NCBI GenBank assembly: GCA_963765835.1
Contig: CAVXYF010000020.1
Coordinates: 20,731 to 84,730, forward strand
DNA from: an uncultured Acidobacteriota bacterium
GTDB lineage: Bacteria; Acidobacteriota; Thermoanaerobaculia; UBA5066; Gp7-AA6
DNA length: 64,000 nt
Reading direction: 5' to 3'
This document shows positions 27,349 through 37,795 of the stretch, piece by piece. The position numbers and the translations under genes are program-made. The notes beneath the pieces are model-generated. The model was not told the DNA's origin and did no database searches. It worked only from the letters and a program-made list of their open reading frames with translations. Each line of letters starts with the position of its first letter. Within the stretch, counting starts at the first letter, position 1.

Positions 27349-27836
27349 GGTCTGCTCTCCGTTTCTACGTGTTTCGAGTAAGCCGGAAGCGAGGCGCCCG
27401 AAGGAAAGACGTTCATTTCCTGCTCCGACACGAGGAGGTCCTTCAGCGTGATCCTGGCGAGAACCTGGTCGACCGCGTTCTGCAGCATCCGCCACACGGA
27501 GCGGATCGAGCAGTCGGGCATGTGAGTGCAGAGTTTTCCGAGACCGCCGTGGGTGTCGCAGAACGAGGGCTCGTAGAGCCGCCCGCCGAGGGTCGCGAGG
27601 ACCTCGCCCACGTTGATCTGCTCGGGTGTCCGCGAGAGGGCGTAGCCGCCGGCCTGGCCGCGGGTCGACGTCACGAACCCGCCCTCGCGAAGCACGCGCA
27701 TCATCTTCGCGACGTTTGGCTCCGAGATTCCCTCGGCGCGCGATAGCTCCGCGATCGTGATGCTTCCGGCGGTGCCCCGGCTTCCGACCCGGAGCAGACA
27801 CCGGAGCCCGTACTCCTCGCCTGAGCTCAACTTCAT
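27345..27836 (-). CDS. Rrf2/IscR-family Fe-S transcriptional regulator
   Basis: EYGLRCLL, STRGQAGGYALSR and three Cys (FC...LC...DC). Confidence 0.9.
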   Translation of the reverse strand: MKLSSGEEYGLRCLLRVGSRGTAGSITIAELSRAEGISEPNVAKMMRVLREGGFVTSTRGQAGGYALSRTPEQINVGEVLATLGGRLYEPSFCDTHGGLGKLCTHMPDCSIRSVWRMLQNAVDQVLARITLKDLLVSEQEMNVFPSGASLPAYSKHVETESRP

Positions 27837-27849
27837 CTCGGCCCCCCCG

Positions 27850-28395
27850 TCACATCATTCCGAGTTGCAGCTTCGCCGCGTCCGACATCATTCCCATGCT
27901 CCACGGCGGGTCGAAGAGGACCTGGACGTCCGCCTCCGCGATGCCCGGCACGGTGAGCAGTTTCTGACGGATGTCTTCCCGCAGAACGTCGCCCATCCCG
28001 CAGCCCGGCGCGGTGAGCGTGAACCGGACGTCGACCTTGTTTCCGCCCCCCGGGAGCGGAGTCAGCTCGACTCCGTAAACGAGTCCCAGGTCCACGATGT
28101 TGACCGGGATCTCCGGGTCATAGCAGGTGCGGAGCTGGTCCCAGCAGAGCTCTTCGATCGGCTTCGCGGGGCCGGCCTCTTCGGCCGGCTTCGCGGCGAT
28201 CTCCTCGCCGATCGCGTCGGCGTCCTTGCCGTCGATCCGCGCGAGATATCCCATCGGGACCATCACGGTGTAGGAACCGCCGAGCGACTGCGTGATCTGC
28301 AGCCGCGTCCCGGCCGGAATCGTGAAACGGGTGCCGGCGGGGATTTCGCTGGCCTCGAGGTCACGGGTCGTCATCGCTTCCTTCTGGGACCACAT
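27850..28395 (-). CDS. sufT: Fe-S assembly protein SufT (DUF59)
   Basis: TQSLGGSYTV, CYDPEIPVNIVDLGL, TLTAPGCGMG, FDPPW. Confidence 0.92.
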   Translation of the reverse strand: MWSQKEAMTTRDLEASEIPAGTRFTIPAGTRLQITQSLGGSYTVMVPMGYLARIDGKDADAIGEEIAAKPAEEAGPAKPIEELCWDQLRTCYDPEIPVNIVDLGLVYGVELTPLPGGGNKVDVRFTLTAPGCGMGDVLREDIRQKLLTVPGIAEADVQVLFDPPWSMGMMSDAAKLQLGMM

Positions 28396-28397
28396 GG

Positions 28398-28892
28398 TCA
28401 GGCTCCTCCGCTTTCGGCCTTGGGGCCCTCGGTGAGCTCCGTCGACACCGTCGTTTCCGCGCCGGCGAGCGCCGCGCGAAGGGTGTGCCAGGGGAGGGTC
28501 GCGCACTTCACGCGAACCGGAAACTCGCGCACGCCCGAAAACACGGTGAGCTTGCCGAGCTCCGGAGCACCGGCCGTCTCGTTTCGTCCATCCTTGCCGG
28601 TGATCAGGTCGTGGAAGCGTTCGAAGAGCGCCTCCGCCTGAGCGCGCGACTTTCCCTTCACGGCCTCGGTCATCATCGAGGCGGACGCGGTGGAGATGGC
28701 GCAGCCGGCTCCCCGGAACCCGACGTCCTTCAGGAGATCGTCCTCGAGTCGAATGAAGACCGTCTCCCGGTCGCCGCACAGCGGGTTATACCCATCGGCC
28801 CGGCGGTTCGCTCCCGCGAGCTCGCCGAAATTCCGCGGCCTCTTGCTGTGATCCAGGATGACTTCCTGGTACAGCTCGCGCAGCTCGCCCAT
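28398..28892 (-). CDS. sufU: SufU-type NifU scaffold / sulfur-transfer protein
   Basis: LYQEVILDH, NPLCGD, GCAISTASASMM, RVKCATLPW. Confidence 0.93.
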   Translation of the reverse strand: MGELRELYQEVILDHSKRPRNFGELAGANRRADGYNPLCGDRETVFIRLEDDLLKDVGFRGAGCAISTASASMMTEAVKGKSRAQAEALFERFHDLITGKDGRNETAGAPELGKLTVFSGVREFPVRVKCATLPWHTLRAALAGAETTVSTELTEGPKAESGGA

Positions 28893-30151
28893 CAGCGGAA
28901 CATCCTCTGGACCTTGTGGATCCCCTCGGTCAGCGCGTCGATTTCCCCGCGGGTGTTGTAGATCGCGAGCGACGCCCGCGCGGTCGCCGGGATCCCGAAG
29001 AACTCCATGACCGGCTGCGCGCAGTGGTGCCCGGTCCGGATCGCGATCCCCTCCTGGTCGAGCACGGTCCCGATGTCGTGGGGGTGGATGCCCTCCAGAG
29101 TGAAGGAGAGAACGCCGATCTTCTCCCGCGCGGTCCCGATCACGGTGAGGCCGGGCAGCGCCGTGAGGGACGACGTCGCGTAGTCGAGGAGGTCCTGCTC
29201 GTGCGCCGTGACGTTTTCGATTCCGATCCCGGAGATGTAGTCGACCGCGGCCCCGAGCCCGACGGCCCCCGCGATGTCGGGCGTGCCCGCCTCGAACTTG
29301 TACGGGAGGACGTTCCACGTCGTCTTCTCGAACGTCACGGAGCTGATCATGTCGCCGCCCCCCTGGAACGGGGGCATCGCCTCGAGGAGATCCGCGCGGC
29401 CGTAGAGGACTCCGATCCCGGTCGGGCCGTACATCTTGTGCGCCGAGAAGGCGTAGAAGTCGCAGCCGATTTCCCGGACGTCCACCGCGAGCCGCGGCAC
29501 CGCCTGGGCCCCGTCGATCGCTACCGGGACTCCGCGGGCGTGCGCGATCTCCACGATCCGCCGCACCGGCAGGAGCGTCCCGAGCGCGTTCGAGACGTGA
29601 CCGACGGAAACGATGCGCGTGCGCGGAGTCAGGATCCGCTCGAGCTCCTCGATCCGGACCTCTCCAGTCCGGTCGATCGGCACCACCTTCAGGTGCGCCT
29701 TCTTCTCGTCGCAGAGGAGCTGCCAGGGAACGATGTTCGAGTGGTGCTCGAGCGCGGTGATGACGACCTCGTCCCCCTCGCCGACCCGCTGGCGCCCGAA
29801 CGTCTGGGCGATCAGGTTGATGCCCTCGGTCGTGCCGCGGACGAAGACGATTTCGCGCACGTCCGCGGCGTTGATGAACGCGCGCACTTTTTCGCGGGCC
29901 TGCTCGTACGCGTCCGTCGCCTCCACGGAGAGCTGGTGCACTCCGCGGTGGATGTTTCCGTAGGACCGGCGGTACATGTCGGCGCCCGCGCTGATGACGG
30001 CCTCCGGCTTCTGGGTCGTCGCGGCGTTGTCGAGGTAGACGAGAGGCCGGCCGTGGACCTGGCGCGACAGGATCGGGAAGTCGCGGCGCAGGGCCTCCAC
30101 GTCGAGGCGGTGGCCGCTCCCCGCGGGGCGGACGCGCGCGGAGGAGCTCAT
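28892..30151 (-). CDS. sufS: Cysteine desulfurase
   Basis: YLDNAATTQKP, LEHHSN, DGAQ, SAHKMYGPTG, RTGHHCAQP. Confidence 0.96.
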   Translation of the reverse strand: MSSSARVRPAGSGHRLDVEALRRDFPILSRQVHGRPLVYLDNAATTQKPEAVISAGADMYRRSYGNIHRGVHQLSVEATDAYEQAREKVRAFINAADVREIVFVRGTTEGINLIAQTFGRQRVGEGDEVVITALEHHSNIVPWQLLCDEKKAHLKVVPIDRTGEVRIEELERILTPRTRIVSVGHVSNALGTLLPVRRIVEIAHARGVPVAIDGAQAVPRLAVDVREIGCDFYAFSAHKMYGPTGIGVLYGRADLLEAMPPFQGGGDMISSVTFEKTTWNVLPYKFEAGTPDIAGAVGLGAAVDYISGIGIENVTAHEQDLLDYATSSLTALPGLTVIGTAREKIGVLSFTLEGIHPHDIGTVLDQEGIAIRTGHHCAQPVMEFFGIPATARASLAIYNTRGEIDALTEGIHKVQRMFR

Positions 30152-31464
30152 CGCCCGCCTCCCGGCAGCCGCAGACCGAGGTGCTGCTCGACCAGCGCCC
30201 GGAGGGGCGCGACGCGAATCCTCGAGGCGACGTCGCTCGCGAAGGCGTATACGAGGAGGTTCCGGGCCTCGTCCTCTCCGATCCCCCGGGACTGCAGGTA
30301 GAACATTGCTGCCGCGTCCAGCTGCCCGATCGTCGAGCCGTGCCGGCACTTCACGTCGTCCGCGAAGATCTCGAGCGCCGGCTCCGAGTTGACCAGCGAC
30401 TCCTTCGACAGCAGGAGGTTCTTGTTCGTCTGCATCGCGTCGGTCTTCTGCGCGTCGGGGCGCACGATGATCGTCCCGTGGAAGATTCCTCGGGATTTCC
30501 CGTCGAGGATCCCCTTGTAGAGCTCCCGGCTCGTGCCGTGCGGCATCGCGTGATCGATGAGCGTGTGATTGTCGAGGAGCTGCGTGCCGTTCCCCAGGAA
30601 CAGGCCGTTCAGCGTGCAGTCGGCGCCCTCGGCGTCGAGCCGGACGTTCAGGTCGTGGCGCGCGAGCGCGCCGCCGAGCGAGATCGAGTGCGACGTGAAG
30701 TTGCTGTTGCGTCCGAGGCTCACCGCCGTCGTCCCCACGTGGAAGGCCGCGTCCCCCTCGCGCTCGAGGCGGGAGAAGTCGAGCACCGCGCCGTCGCCGA
30801 GGACGATCTCGGTGACGGAGTTCGTGAAGTACGCCTCTCCCGCGGTCCCCAGGTACGTTTCGACCACCGCGGCCTGGCTGCCGGCCTCGGCGACGATGAG
30901 GTTCCGGGGGTGCGACACCGTGGGGCCGAACGTCGGTTCCGAAAGAAACACGAGGTGGATCGGGTCGGGCACCTGGGTGCGCGCCGGGATCCGGAGGAAA
31001 ACCCCGTCCTCCACGAACGCCGAGTTCAGCTGCGCGAAGGCGTTGCCGTCGCGGACGATCTTCGCCAGGTGCGGTTCGACCGCTTCGGGCCTCGACGCCA
31101 GCAGGTCCGCGAGGCTCGCGACCTCGAGACCCCCGGTGAGAAGGCCCACCGAAGACAGGTCCGGCGCGTAGCGGCCGTTGACGAAGACGATCTGAACTCC
31201 AGCCTCCGCCGGCAGAGGAATCTGACTCCCGAAGGATCCCCGCTCGGCGTCTGCCAGCTGGTAGGGAACCTTCACGAAGGGCGCGACGTTCGTGTACTTC
31301 CAGGCGTCCTGGCGAACGGTGGGGAAGCCCGTCGCGCGGAACCGCTCCATTCCGGCGCGGCGGATCTCCGCGAGCCAGCCCGGGTCGCGGGCCGACCGCC
31401 GCTCGCGGTACGACTCGGAGATCGAGCGCTCGAGGCCGGCGGTCTCGGTGGCGACCGCTTCCAT
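30148..31464 (-). CDS. sufD: Fe-S assembly protein SufD
   Basis: WKYTN, KGIL.GKSRGIF.G.I.V...AQKT, PALEIFADDVKCRHGSTIG. Confidence 0.95.
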   Translation of the reverse strand: MEAVATETAGLERSISESYRERRSARDPGWLAEIRRAGMERFRATGFPTVRQDAWKYTNVAPFVKVPYQLADAERGSFGSQIPLPAEAGVQIVFVNGRYAPDLSSVGLLTGGLEVASLADLLASRPEAVEPHLAKIVRDGNAFAQLNSAFVEDGVFLRIPARTQVPDPIHLVFLSEPTFGPTVSHPRNLIVAEAGSQAAVVETYLGTAGEAYFTNSVTEIVLGDGAVLDFSRLEREGDAAFHVGTTAVSLGRNSNFTSHSISLGGALARHDLNVRLDAEGADCTLNGLFLGNGTQLLDNHTLIDHAMPHGTSRELYKGILDGKSRGIFHGTIIVRPDAQKTDAMQTNKNLLLSKESLVNSEPALEIFADDVKCRHGSTIGQLDAAAMFYLQSRGIGEDEARNLLVYAFASDVASRIRVAPLRALVEQHLGLRLPGGGR

Positions 31465-32251
31465 CAGGCGACCGTCAGGGGGGCGGGCGAGGTCTTCGCC
31501 GGGGGCTCCTTCTCGAGCCAGGAGTACCCCTTCTCCTCGAGCTCCAGCGCGAGCTCCTTGCCCCCCTCCAGCACGATGCGGCCCTCGACCAGGACGTGAA
31601 GGAAGTCCGGAACGATGTAGTTGAGGAGCCTCTGGTAGTGGGTCACGACGATCATCGCCCTCTTCGGCGTTCGCAGAGAGTTCACGCCGGCCGCGACGAT
31701 GCGCAAGGCGTCGATGTCGAGACCGGAGTCCGTCTCGTCCAGGATCGCGAGCGTCGGGTCGAGGATCGCCATCTGGAAGATCTCGTTGCGTTTCTTCTCG
31801 CCCCCCGAAAAGCCCTCGTTGACCGGGCGCTTGACGAGCTCCTCGTCGATGTCGACGAGCTGCGCCCGTTCCTTCACGAGCGACAGGAACTCGAACGCGT
31901 CGAGCTCCGGCAACCCGCGGTGCTTCCGGACCGCGTTCAGCGCGTTCTTGAGAAAGTAGACGTTCGACACGCCCGGGATCTCGACGGGGTACTGGAACGC
32001 GAGGAAGACTCCCTCGCGGGCGCGGAGCTCCGGCGCCATGGTCAGCAGGTTCTGTCCCTTGAACAGGACCTCCCCGGCGGTGACCTCGTAACCGGGGCGT
32101 CCGGCGAGGACGTGGGCCAGAGTGCTCTTCCCGGAGCCGTTGGGTCCCATGATCGCGTGGACCTCTCCGGCGTTCACCGTGAGGTCGACTCCGCGGAGGA
32201 TTTCGTTGCCGGCGACTCTCGCGTGGAGGTTCCGGACCTCGAGGAGCGCCA

Positions 32252-32252
<1 letters not shown>
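31464..32252 (-). CDS. sufC: Fe-S assembly ATPase SufC
   Basis: GPNGSGKS, FQYPVEIPGV, NEGFSGGEKKRNE, LDETDSGLDID, VTHYQRLL. Confidence 0.97.
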
Positions 32253-33697
<1,445 letters not shown>

Positions 33698-33721
33698 CGC
33701 AGGTTCTCCATTCCGCTCTGG

Positions 33722-33791
33722 AGCTTATGCAATCTGTACGGAGAAGTCAAGATTGAGCCCATAGCTAAATCGAGTGTGGAGAGTGATTTAG
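33722..33791 (-). promoter_or_regulatory. Sigma70-like suf promoter with an upstream inverted repeat
   Basis: Minus strand TTGACT (33745-50), N17, TAAGCT (33722-27). CTAAATC-N13-GATTTAG at 33765-33791. Confidence 0.55.
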
Positions 33792-33817
33792 GGGCACCGG
33801 AGGCATAGACTGCGCCC

Positions 33818-35698
33818 GTGGGAACGCGTTTACCTCCGGTCGCGTCACCCCCCGATCGGCCCCTGGTCGTCTTCGACGGCGACTGCGAGTTCTGCCGCTT
33901 CTGGATCGCGCGGTGGAAGAGCGTCACGGGCGACCGCCTGGACTATGCGCCCTACCAGGAGGTCTCCGCGCGCCTCCCGGAGATCCCGGTCGAGGAGTTC
34001 CGCCGCGCGGTCGCGATCGTCCTTCCCACCGGCGAATCCTTCTCGGGAGCCGACGCCGTGGTCCGCGCGCTGGCGCACGTGCCCGGCCGCGGCCTGTGGC
34101 AGTGGATCTACGAGCGCGTGCCGGGCGCGCGTCCCGCCGCCAACGGCGTCTACCGCGCGATCGCGGACCACCGGGGCGCGGCCACCCGCGTCACCCGCCT
34201 TCTCTGGGGCACGGTCTCCGACGAGCCCACGTACTTCCGGTCGAGCTCGCTGTTCGTCCGGCTCCTTGCGCTCTGCTACCTCGCGGCATTTCTGTCGCTG
34301 TGGATCCAGGTTGACGGGCTGATCGGACCACGGGGGATCCTCCCGGCGGAGCGCTACCTCGAGTGGGTGAGGTCACAGCTCGGCGCCGAACGGCTGTGGT
34401 GGGTTCCCACCCTCGCGTGGCTCTCCGCGGGCCCCGGCATGCTCCACTTTCTCTGCGCGGGCGGGGCCGCGGCCGCGCTCCTGGTTTTCCTGGGCTTCGC
34501 CCCGACGCTCGGTTTGGCCGTCGCGTGGGCGTTCTACCTGTCGCTCTCGTCGATCTCGCAGACTTTTCTCTCCTACCAGTGGGATGCCCTGCTCCTGGAG
34601 GCGGGTCTGCTCGCGATCTTCCTCTCGCCGCCGGCCTGGCGGCTGCGGTTCTCGCCGTCGTCCCCGCCCTCGGCAACGACGCTTCTTCTCCTTCGCTTCC
34701 TGCTCTTCCGGCTGATGTTCTCCTCCGGCATCGTCAAGCTCGGGAGCGGCGATTCCGCGTGGCGCTCGCTCACCGCTCTCCGGTACCACTACGAAACCCA
34801 GCCCCTGCCCACGTGGGTCGGTTGGGCGTTTCACCAGCTCCCGCTCTCGTTCCAGAAGGTGTCGTGCGTCTTCCTCTTTTTCGTCGAGATCGCGGTTCCC
34901 TTTCTCGTCTTTCTCCCGCGCCGGGCCCGTCACGTCTCGTTTGGATTCTTCATCGCCCTCCAGGCTCTGATCGCGCTGACCGGCAACTACGCCTTCTTCA
35001 ACGTGCTCGCCATCGCGCTTTGCCTCCTTCTGCTGGACGACGCGGTGTTCCCCCGCCTGTCATCCCGAGCGCAGCGAGGGATCTCTCCCTCGATTCGCGG
35101 CAACGGGGCCCATCGGCAATGGCCGCGATGGCTCCTGATTTCGGTCGCGGCCGTCCTTCTCACGGCCGGCGCCGTGCAGCTCGCGCTCACGGTCCGGCGG
35201 AGCGCGGACGGCCTGCCCCGCGCCGCGGTCCGGTTCGTCGAGTTGATCTCGCCGCTCCAGAGCGTGAACCGCTACGGTCTGTTCGCCGTCATGACGACGC
35301 GCCGTCCCGAGATCGTCGTCGAGGGCAGCGCGGACGGCGTGACGTGGAAGCCGTACGAGTTCCGCTGGAAGCCGGGGGACGTCCGGGGGCGGCCCGGGTT
35401 CGTGGCGCCTCACCAGCCGCGCCTCGACTGGCAGATGTGGTTCGCAGCGCTCGAACGCTGTGGCGGGAATTCGTGGGTCCTGAACTTTCTGGGACGCCTC
35501 CTCCAGGGGGAGCCGGCCGTGCTCCGGCTGCTCGCGACGAACCCTTTTCCGGCCGAGCCGCCGCGCTACGTCCGCACGCTTCTCTACGAGTACCGGTTCA
35601 CGGACCGGACGACGCGCCGCGAGACCGGAGCGTGGTGGACGCGGCAGCTCCAGGGGCCGTACTGCCCCGTCCTTTCCCGGGAGATGCTGACGCGATAG
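33818..35698 (+). CDS. DCC1-like thiol-disulfide domain fused to a lipase maturation factor (LMF1) family membrane protein
   Basis: N-terminal FDGDCEFC; LMF1 motifs QWDALLLEAG, FRLMFSSGIVK, HYETQPLP, TGNYAFFN, YGLFAVMT, PHQPRLDWQMWF. Confidence 0.9.
   Translation: MGTRLPPVASPPDRPLVVFDGDCEFCRFWIARWKSVTGDRLDYAPYQEVSARLPEIPVEEFRRAVAIVLPTGESFSGADAVVRALAHVPGRGLWQWIYERVPGARPAANGVYRAIADHRGAATRVTRLLWGTVSDEPTYFRSSSLFVRLLALCYLAAFLSLWIQVDGLIGPRGILPAERYLEWVRSQLGAERLWWVPTLAWLSAGPGMLHFLCAGGAAAALLVFLGFAPTLGLAVAWAFYLSLSSISQTFLSYQWDALLLEAGLLAIFLSPPAWRLRFSPSSPPSATTLLLLRFLLFRLMFSSGIVKLGSGDSAWRSLTALRYHYETQPLPTWVGWAFHQLPLSFQKVSCVFLFFVEIAVPFLVFLPRRARHVSFGFFIALQALIALTGNYAFFNVLAIALCLLLLDDAVFPRLSSRAQRGISPSIRGNGAHRQWPRWLLISVAAVLLTAGAVQLALTVRRSADGLPRAAVRFVELISPLQSVNRYGLFAVMTTRRPEIVVEGSADGVTWKPYEFRWKPGDVRGRPGFVAPHQPRLDWQMWFAALERCGGNSWVLNFLGRLLQGEPAVLRLLATNPFPAEPPRYVRTLLYEYRFTDRTTRRETGAWWTRQLQGPYCPVLSREMLTR
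35058..35084 (+). repeat. REP-like half element embedded in frame in the LMF1 gene
   Basis: TGTCATCCCGAGCGCAGCGAGGGATCT resembles the GTCATyCCGAGCGnAGCGAGGrATC class of bacterial repeats; recognised from memory. Confidence 0.55.
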
Positions 35699-35701
35699 TC
35701 G

Positions 35702-37750
35702 TCAGACCCCGAACCGCTCGGGCTCCCAGGTGAGACCGAGCTCGCCCGGCGGCGCCATGTACCCGAGGAGGGCGGACGCCGCGACGACGGCGGGGCTCGC
35801 GAGGTAGCCCTCTCCGCCCACGCCCATCCGGTTCTGCCAGTTCCGGTTGAACGACGTGATCGCGCGCTGTCCCGCGGCGAGGCGGTCGGGCCCCTGGCCG
35901 AAGCACGGCCCGCACCACGACTGGCGGATCTCTCCGCCCACGGATCGGAAGACGTGCGCGATCGACTCCCCGCCGAGACGGGGGTCTGCCGCTTCGATCT
36001 GGGTCCCCACTCCGCCCGAGCCCGGAAAGACCGCCAGCGACTTCGCCACTTCGCCAAAGCCCTGCTCGCGGGCGGCGCGCAGGACGAGCGCCGCGGAGAG
36101 AAGGTCGTCGTAGCTGCCGTTCGTGCAGGAGCCGATCAGGGCCTTGTCGAAAGTGAGCCGCTCCCGCGCCACGTCCTCCGCGGGGTACGCGTTGCCCGGC
36201 GAGTAGGGCTTCGCGATCATCGGCTGGACGGAGTCGAGCTCGATCCTCTCGTCGACCTCGTACGAAGCGTCGCGGCCCGGAGAAACGCGCGGATAGGGCA
36301 GATCCCCCGGCTCGATGCCCTTGGCGCGGTACCAGGCATCCGTGACTTCGTCCGCCGCGAAGATGCCGTTCAACGCCTCGCCTTCGGCCATCATGTTGGC
36401 GATCGTGTTGCGGTACGCGATCGGGAGCTGCCGTTCCTCGTCGACGAACTCGACCGACATCCCGCCGGACTGCTTCGCTCCCCAGCGGCGCAGCAGCTCG
36501 AGGACGATGTCTTTGCCGCTCACCCACGGCTGCAGCGCGCCGCGGAAGACGACCCGCCGCTGTTTCGCGACCGTGAAGTAGATGTAGCCGGTCGACCAGC
36601 CGAAGCCGAGCGTCGTGGAACCGACCCCGAACCCCACCGCACCGTAGGCGCCGTACGCCCGACTGTGGGAGTCGGCTCCCGGGATGAACTGCCCGGGGAG
36701 CACCAGGCCCTGCTCCGGGAAGTAGAAGTGGAAGATCCCGTCCCCGGGCGTCGCGTAGTACGGCTTCTCGATCCCGTGGACCTTCGCGAACTCGCGACCG
36801 ATCGCGGTCTGGCGGTCGTCCGACTCCTTCCCCGTGAAGACGAAGTGGTCGTTGGCGATCGCGGCCTGCCTCGGAAAGATGGACTTGCCTCCGCTGATCT
36901 GGTTGAAGGTGTGGATTGCGAACGGCGCGGTTCCGTCGGACGCCGGCAGAAGGTCCGCGTACACGCGCAGGGTCGCGCCCGGCGCGACGATCGCGTCCTT
37001 GTCGACGCGGTGCGCCCAGACGATCTGTTCCGTGGTCGTCAGGCGGCGGGCGGTCTCCGGATCCGGCCAGGAGATCTCCGGAGGAGTCTCGACCGAGCGC
37101 CGGAACTCCCGGCGGCCGACCGCGAAGATCCCGCCGCTCCTCCGGATCTCCTCCTCCTTCGGAGTGAGCGGGAGCGCGTCGTAGCTTTTTGCCTTCGTCT
37201 CGTTCGTCAACCGGCGGGTCACCGGGTCGAGCGAGAACGCGTCGCCGTCCTCCGCGTCGGCCACCGCTTCGGAGCTCTGGACCACCTGCAGGCCCAGGTT
37301 GAACGCGTTGCGCCGAAAGATGTCGCCCATGTTCGCGCCGCACACGACGACGAGCTCGAGGCCGACCTCTTCGGCGACGCCCTTCAGGCCCGCCGGGCTC
37401 ATTTCCCGGGACGAGCCGATCGCGAAGCGGTCGCCCGCGACGACGAAGGTATCGCCGCGGTGGACCCTTTCGCGGAAGTTCGGCATGAGATAGCGAAACG
37501 CCCCGATCTTCCAGCGCTCGTCCAGACGGTCGAGGCTCTCGGAGACGCAGTCCGCCGCGGGCGTGATCTGGTCGGTATCGATCGCGTCGAACTTCTTGCC
37601 CGGGACCTTCGGGTCCCAGAAGACGAGAGCCCGGCCCCGGATGGGCTGTGAGGAGCCGGCGTCCGCGGAGACGATGTCGGACGGCCGCGGACCCGGGAGA
37701 TCGGCGGAGGTGACCCCGGGTTTCAGCCTCGCCGGCTCAACTCGTTGCAT
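35702..37750 (-). CDS. Aconitase-superfamily protein with a LeuD-like swivel domain N-terminal to a LeuC-like domain
   Basis: N-terminal DTDQITP and GSSRE; C-terminal DGIFH, GADSHS, GSCTNG, CGPC, TSFNRN and LASPAVVAASAL. Confidence 0.85.
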   Translation of the reverse strand: MQRVEPARLKPGVTSADLPGPRPSDIVSADAGSSQPIRGRALVFWDPKVPGKKFDAIDTDQITPAADCVSESLDRLDERWKIGAFRYLMPNFRERVHRGDTFVVAGDRFAIGSSREMSPAGLKGVAEEVGLELVVVCGANMGDIFRRNAFNLGLQVVQSSEAVADAEDGDAFSLDPVTRRLTNETKAKSYDALPLTPKEEEIRRSGGIFAVGRREFRRSVETPPEISWPDPETARRLTTTEQIVWAHRVDKDAIVAPGATLRVYADLLPASDGTAPFAIHTFNQISGGKSIFPRQAAIANDHFVFTGKESDDRQTAIGREFAKVHGIEKPYYATPGDGIFHFYFPEQGLVLPGQFIPGADSHSRAYGAYGAVGFGVGSTTLGFGWSTGYIYFTVAKQRRVVFRGALQPWVSGKDIVLELLRRWGAKQSGGMSVEFVDEERQLPIAYRNTIANMMAEGEALNGIFAADEVTDAWYRAKGIEPGDLPYPRVSPGRDASYEVDERIELDSVQPMIAKPYSPGNAYPAEDVARERLTFDKALIGSCTNGSYDDLLSAALVLRAAREQGFGEVAKSLAVFPGSGGVGTQIEAADPRLGGESIAHVFRSVGGEIRQSWCGPCFGQGPDRLAAGQRAITSFNRNWQNRMGVGGEGYLASPAVVAASALLGYMAPPGELGLTWEPERFGV

Positions 37751-37795
37751 GCGCCCGAGAATAACGCGGGTGCTATCCGGGGCATTCTCCGCCGG

